Positions 50,650-62,283 of a stretch of DNA of 64,000 bases are shown here, piece by piece. The first letter of the stretch is position 1. Each line of letters opens with the position of its first letter. The position numbers and the translations under genes are program-made. The DNA comes from Camelus dromedarius (lineage: Eukaryota). Under the pieces are notes generated by a model. It was not told where the DNA came from. It saw only the letters and a list, made by a program, of their open reading frames with translations, and did not search any database. Where the stretch lies: the NCBI RefSeq assembly GCF_036321535.1, contig NC_087438.1:1676001-1740000 (forward strand). Reading direction: 5' to 3'.

Positions 50650-52450
50650 AGGGGTGTCTAGGCCATTGGCAGGCGGGGAGTCGCGCCCAGATGCCCGCGG
50701 CTCACTCGAGCGCCCTGCGGACCCTTGCTGTGTTTGTCCAGGTCGTCCGGGGAGGCGCGGCCCCGCAAGGCTGGCCGCGCAGTCAGGCTCCACGCGGGTC
50801 CTGGGGCTGCAGCCGGGTATGCGCGGGGTCCCCGCGCCGGTCACCTCCCGGCGGGACGATCCAGGCGCGCGCCACGAGGGCTGCCGCCAGTGCGGGGCGA
50901 GTTCTCTCCGCGGCTGAGCGAGTATCAGAACCGGCTCTGCTGCCAGGCACCGCGCGATTGCGATGTGCGTGCAGGAGAGACCTCAGGAGAATAGGGAAGG
51001 GGGAGTCGGCCAGGCTGGCGGCGGCTCCTCCCTCCTGGGCGCTGGAAGGGCGCCCGACCGTCCCTCGATCGTCCTAAACGCGGAGGCAGCGCTTTCGGTT
51101 TGCGGCGGCTGAGAGATGGCCTCGTCCCCTTCCGGTCGCACACCCACCGCGCCCGGCCAGGCGGCCTCCCCGCAGCGCTGAGGGGCGGGACCCAGAGCCG
51201 CCAACGAGTGGGGGTCAGGAGCAGGGCTGGAGGGCCGAAAGAGAGACTGAGAGGAGGGGAGACTTGCCTGGGGGAGGGAGCTGGAGTAGGGCCTGGATGG
51301 CGGGTTCCAGAGTGGGGCCTGGGGGAGGGGTCCTTGAGTAGAGCCTGGTTGGGGACCCAGAGCGGAACCTGGGGTGAGGGGACACGGGTAGGGCCAGGAT
51401 GGGGGCTATGGGAGTGGAGCCGGGAGTGGGAGTTGGGGGGAGCCCGGAATGGGGCCTCCTCTGGGAGCTGGCTGGCGTCGGGCGATCCTGCAGGATTGTG
51501 GACGGCTCCGAACGCCTGGCTGCGGCCTCCCCCAAGGAGCCTGCAAAGGGCCCGAGCCCTCTCCCCTCGAGGGGATGGGACCCGAACGTGGCGGGAGAAC
51601 TAAAGCAGGTCGCTGGATCTGGGCCTCCTAGGCTGTCGTGGCCCGGAGATTCCGGGCTTCGGCTCAGCCCTCTCCTCTGCGCCCGCCCGCGCCGCCCCCT
51701 CCCCACCCCCAAGCACCTCCCTGTGCCCCCGGCCCAGGGATCCCAGCCCGACCCTGCGGTCCTGCGTATCTCCGCTCTCCCTCGACCTGCTGCTACTCGG
51801 CTCGCCCGCCTCAGCCCCGCTCGCTGCCTCTGGGGGCCTCGATGTGACCAATAAGCGCACACATGGCGGCTCTGAGCTGGACGACCGCAGGACAGAAATA
51901 GGTCTAGGGGTGTCCCCTGAAGGACACCCTAAGCCTGGACGGTCCAGGGGGCTGGAGACCGCGGAGAAAAGACAGTTCTCTGAATAAATGCTTGTAGTAG
52001 CTGTGCAGGGCCAAACGTGGGCTTGGAACCCACCCTGGGTTAAAAGATATTAATGAGCTTCGGGCCCCCGGGGCTCCCCAGGGAGAGAGCGGTCCGGAGC
52101 AGGCCGGCCGGCGTGTGGAAAGCGAGGGCGACCACCAGGGTTCTGCTTCCACGCGCTGCGGAGCAGCCTTCCAGGCCAACGCTGCCTCTCCCCACCGGGC
52201 TCATCCGGACACAGATCGGCCTCTCCCGTCTTCCTGGGCTGCCTACTTGTCCCCACCTGACCTGCTAACTCACCTCCCTACTTTGCAGGGCCGAGGACGC
52301 CCCCACTTGGCGGGAGCTGGGGTGCGGGAGCCCGGAGCACGCGGGAACCGCAGCTGCGCTGGGCTAACGTGCCCTACGCTCCCCGGGCCGAGGCAGCCCC
52401 GCTCTGCTGCCATTAGCGCCGCCTGAAAACAGGGGCCCTCCCCCAGCCCA
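50650..52450. promoter_or_regulatory. Orphan CpG island downstream of IRX2
   Basis: High CpG density over ~1.8 kb with no credible ORF; CCAAT at 51849-51853. Confidence 0.75.
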
Positions 52451-52579
52451 CCTTCCCCGGTTGGAAGATGTCAGGGGTTAAAGTGTTCGCTTTGCCCTTT
52501 CTCTTGATCTTGGAGGGAAAAGGCGAGAATTGCTAGCACCTTCATGGGCCTTAGACCTGCAGTGGCTGCAAGCAGCCCC

Positions 52580-54170
52580 GGCCCCCCGCTAACTTTGATC
52601 AGCCTTATTAATTCCAGCTGTGCTCTATTTGTTTGTCATTTTCCCCTTTTCCTCTGGAATCATTACTTATGGCGGGGGAGGGGGAGAGGTAGGTAGAAGG
52701 TGCCCGCTGGTAGAACAGAGATGGGGAATTTCTGACAAGGAGAGAGTGAATGTGTTCTCCCTAAAGGTCACCAAGAGGAGGGCACAGAGGAACCCGATCT
52801 GATCAGCTCCCTTTGGAATCGTTACTCAAGAGCATTAACTAATTACCTGATCAGAGAAATGAAAAAATAAATATTCTTTAAAATAACCGAAGGTCATTAG
52901 GACTCTGTTGTTGACACTAATGATTAATAATTGATCAGGACTCACACACAATAAATTGCCAACTTATCTCCCCCACAAAACGTGAGTGCTTGGGTAGCGT
53001 TGTGTCGTTCCCTTCCCCTGGCGCTGCCTCGGAAGAGCCACCCAGTTCCCACCTGGAAGCAGCCCCGACCTCACAGTTGCTTCTTCAAGAGTATTAGATT
53101 GAACTTGTTTTCAGTTCCATCTAGAACAAAGTAACACTAGGACACCTTTTAAAAAGATGTTTCCTTATTATCTTGGGGCTGCACTTAAACAAAAAACATT
53201 TTTCCTCTTCCCCTTTCCATGGGATGGCGAAAGAACAGACGGCAGGTTTCATAAGTCACTTGGACTGTATCACCAGGATGGTCCCCCTTCAGAACTTCTT
53301 CATTTTTTATCTTTCTTAGAAAGAGGGAGGACATTCTGTCCTCAGTAGAGGGAATACAAGCTTATTCTCTGCGTGGAGGGTGAAGGTTCCAGCTGAGACT
53401 AGGTCCCTCTGTTTGCAGGAGACACACGGAAAAGAGAAGACAGGAACATGCAAATGGGGGTATTGGCTCCCTAAAACAGATTCCTCTCTTGCCTACCAAT
53501 GCTTGGGGTCCAAGTGCAAATCATCAAACACCAGTTTCCTCACATTCCAGACCCAGCAGAGGGGAGGGCTGGTGGCCTGTGCTTTCATTATGACCAATAG
53601 GAAGTAATTTCCAGCAACTGGAAAATTATATTGTCATAGATTACCGCTCCTTATAATAAGCCTTTAAAATATCTGTAGGGATTTGTCACTTACATAAAGG
53701 TTTGCAAATACATCAAAGGGACATGTCCCCTTTGCGATTTGTAGAAATTCAAATGATGTTCATCATAATATACACATATCACAGACTGTGGTGCATTGTT
53801 CCCCAAATTGCCTCTTCAGTTAAGACATTTTTAAAAATGTTTAAAATGTTATTTTTCGTAAAAGCAGTGTGAAAACACATATTTAATGGATCTATTTATG
53901 CCCTTAGTTGGGGGTTAAAGTGCATGTTTTCCTTGGGATTTTCAGTGCACTGGGGAACTAAAGAGACGTTATATGGTGACTGATCCTGATAGGCTGTTAC
54001 TTGGAGGAACTTTCTCATAATCCAGAGCATTATTTACAAGTGAAAAGGGTGTCTCTGACGGAACAGATAAATTGCTTTGGAATGATTTTTGCAAACCGAT
54101 GCCTGTTTACCCCTGTTCTAGCAGAGAAAGTTTAGGGCACATTGATTCTGTCATGTTAAGAAACAAAAGG
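52580..54170. promoter_or_regulatory. Candidate conserved non-coding blocks 3' of IRX2
   Basis: Repeat-free with dense TAAT clusters, e.g. 52833-52846, 52918-52935 and 53585-53660. Confidence 0.5.
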
Positions 54171-54830
54171 TCGACTCCGCTCGGCCTCTTTAATAAGATT
54201 TAAACGCGGTTTTAAGTGACCCTGAAACGCAGGCGGGCTGTGGCGGCGGCGTCTTCGCGGGCGCTTGTCCGCAGCGGTTCGTCCCGGCCGGGTCGGCAGA
54301 GGCCGGATCCACACACGCCGGGGACGGCCTCGCGGAGGCCGGGCCGCTGTCCCGCCGGCCTCGGGGACCAGCCCTGCCGGCGGCGGCCCGGGGTGCGCGC
54401 CGCGCGGGGCCCCGGCCCGGCCCCCCGCCCCCCGCCCCGCCCCGCGGCCTGAACGCAGACAAAGGTGGATGAAGTTCTTTGCAAGTTTCAAAGGCAGTTG
54501 CCGGGCAGCTTTGCAGAAACAATAACTCTTTTATTGGGAACAAATGTTGACATTTGACGGGCGCGGGAGGCCGCGGCCGCCGGGCCAGCGCTCCCTCCCC
54601 GTGCTCCGGGCAGCGCCCGGCCCCCGGGGCCCACCTGAGATTAAAGCGCGAATTGCGATAAATCGGCTGTAAGGTACCCGGGGCCGCGCGGGCTCCGTCC
54701 CCGCGAAGCCTGCGCCCGAGCCCCGCAAGGCCCGCGTCCCCGCCCCGGCCCCGCGCCCGCCGCCGCGCGCCTCCCTCTCCCCCTCCTCCGCCCACAACTG
54801 CACAAGTCTACGTTGGCCGGGACGTAATTT
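54170..54830. promoter_or_regulatory. Orphan CpG island downstream of IRX2 with an AT-richer core
   Basis: CpG-dense flanks at 54230-54455 and 54560-54795 around a core at 54460-54560. Confidence 0.8.
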
Positions 54831-57299
54831 TTTATTAACTAGATTTTAAAGCAAAAAATAAGAATCAGGCACAGCAACTTCCTTCCCTAAGAAGGATCTC
54901 CCTGTCTCTGTCTCTCTCGTCGCGTCTTCCTTTATCCTGCCTAGAGATCCGCATGGAGAAACCAGAGCTCGCTCTGCGTTTCCTTAAAAAGACCCCCCCG
55001 AAACACCTGCAGGTTTTATATTCTTAGCGGACATTAAAAATCAAGTTTCCCAGAAAGAAATTCAGGCCAGGAGGCAGGGTGGGTGAGTTATGGAAATCTT
55101 TGATAATTTGTTGGGCATATAAACATCAAAGAAGATTTGTTAGGCTGGGTTAATCTCCTGAGCTGCTTTGAGTTTTCACCAACTGAAAGGTGCACGTTGT
55201 GGTGGAGAACGAGTTCTGGTGTCTGTGTGTGCGTGTGTGTGTGCATGTAGGGAAGGGATCACATGTCCAGGTAAAGCAATCTTCTGTTCCAAAGGGAGCC
55301 AGCTTTCATCCAGGCTTCAGTTTCTGAACACAGGCAAGGAGGTGAATTTTTACTCGGGTTTTCTACGTGCACACTCTACGTTTCTTTGAAGAAATGGAGC
55401 GGTGTCAGTGTGTAGCTTCATTAGGGTGCATGATGTCACAGTGTTTTAATTTGTTAAATATTGTTAACTTTCATACTTTTCACAGAAGTCTTCAAAATAC
55501 TTAAATTATAATCTTACGTATAACAGAGATATCGCTGCCATGTGCACTGTATTCCCTGCTGATTTAGGAAAGATGGCTAATATGAATAAAAGCAAAGTGC
55601 TTAACGCCTTCATATTGCATCCTAAAGCGTGATTCCTGGAGTGAAAGCCATTATCTTCACCGAAATTCTACAAAGCCTTCATCTAAAACCAAAACGAGCA
55701 AAGGCGCTCCCAGAGGCTCAGTTTCATGCCCACAGACTCGAATTCGCTTTCTTCCAGACATGCTGCCACAGAGTGGCCAGACTTCCTGCGGGAAACATCT
55801 TCCCTGTTGCCGAGAGAGATAGCTCGGATCCAAACAGGTCCTGGTCTTTTACTGGGGAGGCAGGAAGGAGAGGAAAATAGTTCTCCACCCCAAAGATTCA
55901 CTTTCTGCTAACCTCCAAATGCTTACCAACTCAAAACCAACAAAATGCCTGAGAAGCAATAGAAAACCGAAACCTTGGTCTGCTCCTCAATCCGCAGTCA
56001 GACCACATCGCTCCTCCCTACAGGCACGGCTCTGTGACCAGTTCACAGCCCCCTGGCTTTGCCTCAAGTATCTAAGATTACTTTCAAATACCCTTTCTAA
56101 CAAGACCCCAGCAAGAGGCCACTAATTTCTACTGCACAAAAAGCCACTGGAGAGAGATGCGTTTGTCAATATCATCTGGCCTGGCAATTTCCCATCCTCA
56201 GACACATCGGCCTATCAGCACTGGCAGATGTTTAGACAAGATTTTATAAATTGTTCAATATCAGCCCATAATGAACCCCAACTGACCATTCCAAAGCAGC
56301 TAAAGGCGTCCGGGACGACCCCCGCTGGGATCCAATAATGCTCTCAGGCTGCAGCATTATTAATCATGGAATAAAATAGATGAACCTCTTGAAAAATAAG
56401 TGTATGATTGATTAAAGGGCAATCTGAGAAGCTATTATTCTTGTTTTATAACCGTAAGTTATATTCACTCAATTTATCTTTGGAGAGGAAATAAATGATT
56501 GTTCATTTCTTTTCTGAAATTATATTAGAGGGATATCCATAAAATTTTGCTGGAAATTAAAGTGACAGTTTTGCTGTTTTTATGATACTAATCAAAGACA
56601 ATATGTTCCTTGACTACAAATTCTAGCCTTGTCCTATAATTAGATAGTGAGTAACATATAACGAGGCAGTGGTGGAAGGTACTTTAAACTTCTCTTTCCC
56701 TCGGGGTTAGGGTAAGAACCACTGCAAGGAGAATAAATCTCTCCTCCCAGATTTTCCGCCTTGTGTTTAATGTGAGTCATATGAAAAGGCAAGGCAAGAA
56801 GTCGTTCAATAAATCTGAAGAATCTATGCCAATCTGGATAATTCAAGGTTAAGATAAACAATTATTCTCCTCAATAAGTTATGGGGAGGGATGTAACTGT
56901 GACCCACGTCAGCACAATTCTCTAGTTACTGAGGAGATTCAATAAGCCTGTATCAGAAATAAATATAAAATGGGTCCTAATTCACAGGGGTATCAGGCCA
57001 TTTTATTTTGCCTTGTTTTCTTTTTTAATATATACTAACAAGACATCTGCATATTCGGAGCACAAAATCTTAATTTTTTTTGCAATGCATGTGTATATAA
57101 ATAGTCTAAAACCATATGTAGCTCCCTCCTGTGTATTTCTCTTCCATCTGTCTTTTGTGTGGACAGGAGAAGGGAGAGATTATTTTACACATTTTCATTA
57201 AAAAGCCTGAGGCCAGATCACCTGGGGGAGGGGCTGCTACCACTAGGGCCCCCCACCCCCAAATCGCTCTTCCAGGACAAATGAGCCCCAGACACCGTA

Positions 57300-58615
57300 C
57301 TGTTGTAGACTAGTTTGTTTTTATTTACAATTTAAGATATAAATTAGTAAAGAATTCTTGTTAAACAACCAACAAAGATTGTATAACTGGCAATGTTCAA
57401 ATAAAAACCAGGCAGGGTTTATTTACAAAAAGTTTAGATTCCGTTGCAATACAACTTGCATAAATTACTAGAAGCTTTATATCATTATAAAAATAAATAT
57501 CAAATTTGTTTCCACTTCTTAAGTACTCAAGTTCTATAATCACGTTTTATTTCTACTGTGTACATCTTTTACAAATCAATTTTACAGTAAATCCTATCAC
57601 ACCTATAGAATATATACCGTGGCAATGAAGTGATCAATTCAAGATATCCTGAGAAAAAAGATTGTTTTCAAAAGTCACACATACATTGGGGAAACTATAC
57701 TATGCCAGCAAATTCACATATGTCCAACAAAAGTCTGTTCCGACGGTCTGTGGGTTGGCAGTGCCCTGTGGCTCCTTCTCCTTCACAGTGGCACGAGACG
57801 GGTCCTGATTTAGAGATCAGGTTTTTTATGTCTCTATATTTATGAACATGGAAAGAGAGAATGGCCTGCTGACTTTTTTTTTTTTCCAAAGCAATTGTGA
57901 CACCTACCTGTGGACCAAGGAAAAAACCCAATCACCCCAAATCCTTCAGTCCCAAACCAGCACCATCACATTTTAAAAAGAAATCCCTCTCACATGGTTT
58001 TGCCTCTTTTCCCATCTTCAAGATCTGCGATTAGTAATGCTGTCTACTTGTAAAGTGGGTTTTTTTTTTTTTTGAGATACTGCTGTCAGCCAGGCCAACT
58101 GCACGGTCCTATCTAATCCATCTGGACATGGGGACGGGCCTGATAAAAGACCTTCTGTGTCTCCCTAGTCTGACTCTGCAAGCATCATCTCTAAAGGGAT
58201 TTGATGCCCCAAGTTTCAGGAGCGCTAGCTCATCACAGCAAGTGTCTATTAAGTGTCTAGCGCGGTAAAAAATAAATGGTTCAAAATTGCAAACAAATAT
58301 TCAGACTTTAATCACCAAATATTTTTCCAAAGAGAAAACAACCGCAGTGGTGCAATAAATATATTCCAGTTAGAGTGATTCTGCAAAGCAGAACTGGAGC
58401 AAGAAAGAGGGGCTCTGTAAACGAGCAGGGGTCTTCGCCTACTTAAAGAAAAAAATAAAAACCAGGAGAAGATTGCAATGCTCTGTCCTCAGACCTCGTG
58501 ACAAGAAGCAAGAAATACACATTAAGCGAGTTTACAGAGCTATCGGTGCAGGGAGGCTCCCTGAGGCGGGGGACCCCAGGGAGCTCACTTACTTGCATTG
58601 CTGTGTGCGGCCCTT
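57300..58615 (-). other. IRX2: IRX2 3' UTR, probably with an optional intron at 58592-57908
   Basis: AT-rich sequence after the stop; AATAAA on minus at 57551-57546, 57423-57418 and 57325-57320; strong donor/acceptor pair inside. The 3' end is approximate. Confidence 0.75.
57320..57325 (-). terminator. Distal polyadenylation signal AATAAA of IRX2 (alternatives at 57418-57423 and 57546-57551)
   Basis: Minus strand reads TTGTAAATAAAAACAAACTAGTCTACAACAGTACGGTGTCT: UGUA upstream, CA about 20 nt downstream, then a GU-containing element. Confidence 0.65.
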
Positions 58616-58668
58616 CTATAGGTAGGGCTGGACGCCCCCACCAACCATGGTGCAGCCCTCACTGGCAT
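58616..58668 (-). CDS. IRX2: IRX2 coding exon 4 (53 nt including TAG): DASEGCTMVGGGVQPYL*
   Basis: Acceptor CCCTCCCCTGACAG|AT (AG at 58670-58669), phase-compatible with exon 3. The C-terminus matches mammalian IRX2 as I recall it, which separates it from IRX5. Stop TAG at 58618-58616. Spliced CDS 249+406+714+53=1422 nt. Confidence 0.93.
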
Positions 58669-59469
58669 CTGTCAGGGGAGGGGGCAGTGAGTCAGAACCT
58701 GACCCCAGAGCCATCTGTCTCCCAGACAGCAGCGCAGCCACCAGCCCGCACACCCACGCTCTCTGCACCCAGCAAGCGGCTTGGGGCACCTGACTGTCTC
58801 CCCGCCATGTCTGAGATGGACCTCGCTCTGTTCCCTCCTCCTCACTGTCTCTCCCCCTTGACTTTCTTTTACAGGTCTTATGAGATCCCACCTGAATTCT
58901 GAATGATAGAGGCAGTATGAGGAAAAGGAGAGGAAGAAAATAGGCTCTTGTTTTCTACTTTGAAATTTTGATAAACTAAGGCCTGTGGGAGGAACCGGCA
59001 CATTTTGTTTCTTTCCAGCCAAAGGCGGGAAGAGGAGATTCAGCCGAGACGCTATTAATCCACAGGCAGCGCAGGAGCTGGGCTCAGTCAGCACGGAGAC
59101 CAAGCGGTAATTTGCAACTTGTGGCAGTTTGTGTTTGCCAAAAGCAAACCGGTCACGATGATACTCATAGCAGCAAAAATAGCAAATCAAGGGGAAGTCA
59201 GTGACACGGGGTGGGACACAGGCCCTCTTGTGAGGCCAAGGTCTCCCGGCCCTTTCCTGCCTTCACCACCCTTCTCTCCTCCTAGCTTGTCGTCCAAGAG
59301 CCGCCGGCCCAGGACGGGCTGTCATTCTCCTCCTCTCCTTCAAGGGACAAAGCTCCCCCCAGGCAGACCTACAGGTGCCCCGGCCCCTTCCCCTGCTCCT
59401 CCGGAGTGCTCACTAACCAGGGACCAGGCTCTCCCTCCCCAGGGGACCCGCGGGCCACAGGCAGCCTAC

Positions 59470-60183
59470 CTTTCTTGGGCTCGTAGCCGCCGCCCGGGGG
59501 CCGGTACTGGGGCTCCAGCGGGTGCGCGCCCGCCTTGCCCGCGTCGCTGGCCGCCTTGGGCGCCGCGTGCAGCGCCTCTCCGGGTGCCACGGCCGCCGAG
59601 TTGTACCGCAGGAGCCCCTGGCCCTGCAGCGCCGCGTTCAAGTTCCCGTAATTGGTGTAGTTGCTGTAGAAGGGCGACGTGTAGTAGAGGTGGCGGCCGA
59701 GGAGCGGTGACGCGGGGTAGGGCGAGCCTCCGGGCGGCGCCCCGGACGAGTTGGGCGCGGCGGCCGCGGGCAGCCCGGGCGGCGCGCAGCCCGGGCCCAG
59801 GCTCGGCTGCTTGAGGTCCGACGTGGCGATCTCGGCCAGAGACCACAGCTTGGGCTTGCTGGCGGGCGGCGGCGCGCCCGGCGACGTCCGGCTGCCCAGG
59901 GGCGTCTTGCCGCCGCCGCCCCCGCGGGGCGCGGCCTCGGGCGGGGGACTCAGCAGCGGCGCCTCCACGCCGGTCAGCGGCGACGAGGTCACGGGCTTGG
60001 GCGGCACCAGGTCCCGCTCTCCCTCCTCCTCGTCGTCCTCGTCGTCCTCCAGGTCGTCGTACTTATCCTTGCACTCCGAGCCCGACTCGCACAGAGGGTC
60101 CCCGGCTCGGCACGGCAGCTTCTCCCCGTCTGACTCGGCGGAGCACGAGTGATCCGTGAGCGAGTCGACGTGCAGGCTGATCC
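59470..60183 (-). CDS. IRX2: IRX2 coding exon 3 (714 nt): acidic tract and IRO box
   Basis: Acceptor CTGCAG|GG (AG at 60185-60184). Encodes [15 protein letters not shown]...[12 protein letters not shown]...[14 protein letters not shown] (IRO box)...GYEPKK. Donor AAAG|GTAGGC, phase 1. Confidence 0.97.
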
Positions 60184-60510
60184 CTGCAGGGGCGCGGGCA
60201 CAGTCTGTGGCAAGCGGGGACACTGCGGGCACCCTGTGGGGGCTGGGGGCGCTGCCCCACAAGCTCCCGCACCTCCACCCAAAGCCAGCCGCGTCCTGGA
60301 GGGAGTATGAGCATCCCGGGAAGCGCTCCTGGAGGAGGCACAGGGCCCGGCATGCCAGGCGGCCTGGACAAGAGGCCCGAACCTGGAAAGTCGTGGGGGG
60401 AGGTGGGGGGGCAGCGTCCTCCCCGATCGCCTTCTCCCGGAGCCCAGCTCTGCGCCCCGCCTGGGAAGAAAGCTCCCTCAACCTCGCTCCCGCCGCGGCC
60501 CCCTGCTCAC

Positions 60511-60916
60511 CTTCGTCCTCCGCCGACGTCTCAGTGCCCTCCTGCGCCTTGTCCGGACTCTCCTCCTTGCTTCTGGCCGCGTCACCCTCGTCCTCATCCT
60601 CGTCCTCGCTTTTGTTCCTCGGGGCCCACGTCATCTTATTCTCCTTCTTGAGGCGTCTGCGCGCGTTGGCGAACCAGGTGGAGACCTGCGTGAGGGTCAT
60701 CTTGGTGATGATGGCCAGCATGATCTTCTCGCCCTTGGTGGGGTAGGGGTTCTTGCGGTGCTCGTTGAGCCAGGCCTTGAGCGTGGCCGTGGCGTCCCGC
60801 GTGGCGTTCTTGCGGTAGGCTGGGTCGTTGAGTTGGTACGGGTAGGCCGCGCTGCCGTAAGGGTGGTAGCTGATGGCACCCGTCATCCCGGTCGTGTGTG
60901 CGTCGTAGGGCGCGCC
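60511..60916 (-). CDS. IRX2: IRX2 coding exon 2 (406 nt): TALE homeodomain and acidic tract
   Basis: Acceptor TTGCAG|GGC (AG at 60918-60917). Encodes [59 protein letters not shown], the Iroquois-class homeodomain with WFANA, then EDEDEDE. Donor GAAG|GTGAGC, phase 1. Confidence 0.98.
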
Positions 60917-62283
60917 CTGCAACCGACAAGAACCTGGTGAGCGGATTGCTCGGGGCCCTGACAGCCATCAGCGCGAGGGAGGCCCCTCCGCCAGCCCGTG
61001 GCCGCCTTTCCCACGGTGTTTCCAGCGCTGGAGCGGCGCTTCCCGCAGCAACAGAGCAAAAGGCCCCAGCGGGTAATTTGAGGCCAGCTGTGGATCACGA
61101 CAGGCGGCGCAGTCTTGGTCTCACGTTTGCGAACGCTCTCGCTTTCCTAAAATGCATCTCCTCCCCAAATGCTCCTGAACCGCGGGGACAGACGGGCAGA
61201 AATATGAAGGCACACAGGCCCACAGGTAGTTTCTTGATATCTAAATTTCTCTGGATGTTCCAAGGGCCGCTGCCTCCCCCGACCCCCCTTCCCCGCCCTT
61301 ACATGGTTAAAAACCCACCCCAGAGCCCCCCGCTCCGCTATTCACCGCTCTAAAGCTCGGCAAATCCAATTTGCAACTCAGAAGCCAGTCACCGTTTCGA
61401 ATTCTTCAAATACGCGGTAATTAGCATTTTAATTCAGCCTTTAACGTTTAAATTCGAGACTTTACAGCCTTCTCCGAGGCCCCAGCCACTCCGTCGCTGC
61501 CCTGGAATTCCACCGAGGGCGGGCAACAGCCATAACCCCAGGAGCGGCCTCAATCGTCTAAGTAGCGCTCTGCCACCACCCGGGCCAGGCCAGCTGCAGA
61601 ACCCGAGGAGCGTGGGCCGACCCCGGGTCGAGGAAGCAGGAGCTTCTCTCGGTACGCAAGGACCGGGGAAGCACTTAGAGGGTCATACAGACGCCCGCCA
61701 ACACGTTTTACGAAAGCGTGGCCTATGGGACAGATTAAGGCTGAGATCTTGGAGGGCCGGCCGGGCCCCAGAGCCGCGGCCTCAGGCTCCCCTCTCCCCC
61801 ACAACCCGGTGACCCCAGCCCGGCAAGTAAATGCTAAGCGCCCGGCAGTCGCCCCAGAGGCCCCAGTGGCGCCGACCCTTGCGCCTGCGCCAGAAGAAGA
61901 GAGCGCCCCGGCCCGCTCTGCACTCCTCGTCAGGCTTCCTTGGCGCGTGAAAGGAGGACAACCCAGCACAGATCCCGACCCCGGCCGAGTCGCACTTCAC
62001 CGGCTCTTGGGGAAAACGACACCGGGAGCCAAGGTGAAGCGGCACGGAGTGCGGGTCCCCAGCTCCGGCTCAAGACGTCGCTGGCCAGCCGCCCTGCCTC
62101 TCACCCGGGTCTCTTGTCCCGCCAGAGGCGCGGCGGCCCCAGCTGGCGACTCGGGAGCCACCGCCCACGGCACGTTCCCCGCGGCCCCGCTGGCCGATCC
62201 CGGGCCCAGCTCCGCACGAGCCGCGATCAGGATCTCCGAGCCCGGGGTCCCGCGTCCAAGCCCGCCCGCCCGCGCGCGATTAC

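Noticed and set aside
718..57931. Hundreds of 60-295 aa ORFs, e.g. 7858-8676, 24193-25065, 27631-28518 and 29342-30190
   Set aside because: Pro/Arg/Gly/Ala-rich, overlapping on both strands, often crossing LTR relics or poly-T tracts, with no recognisable domain. This is expected in stop-poor GC-rich DNA.
59369..60922. The 517-aa ORF as a single-exon gene
   Set aside because: It is IRX2 exon 2, intron 2, exon 3 and part of intron 3. Its start is a TTG in the intron 1 acceptor, and canonical splice sites bound the real exons.
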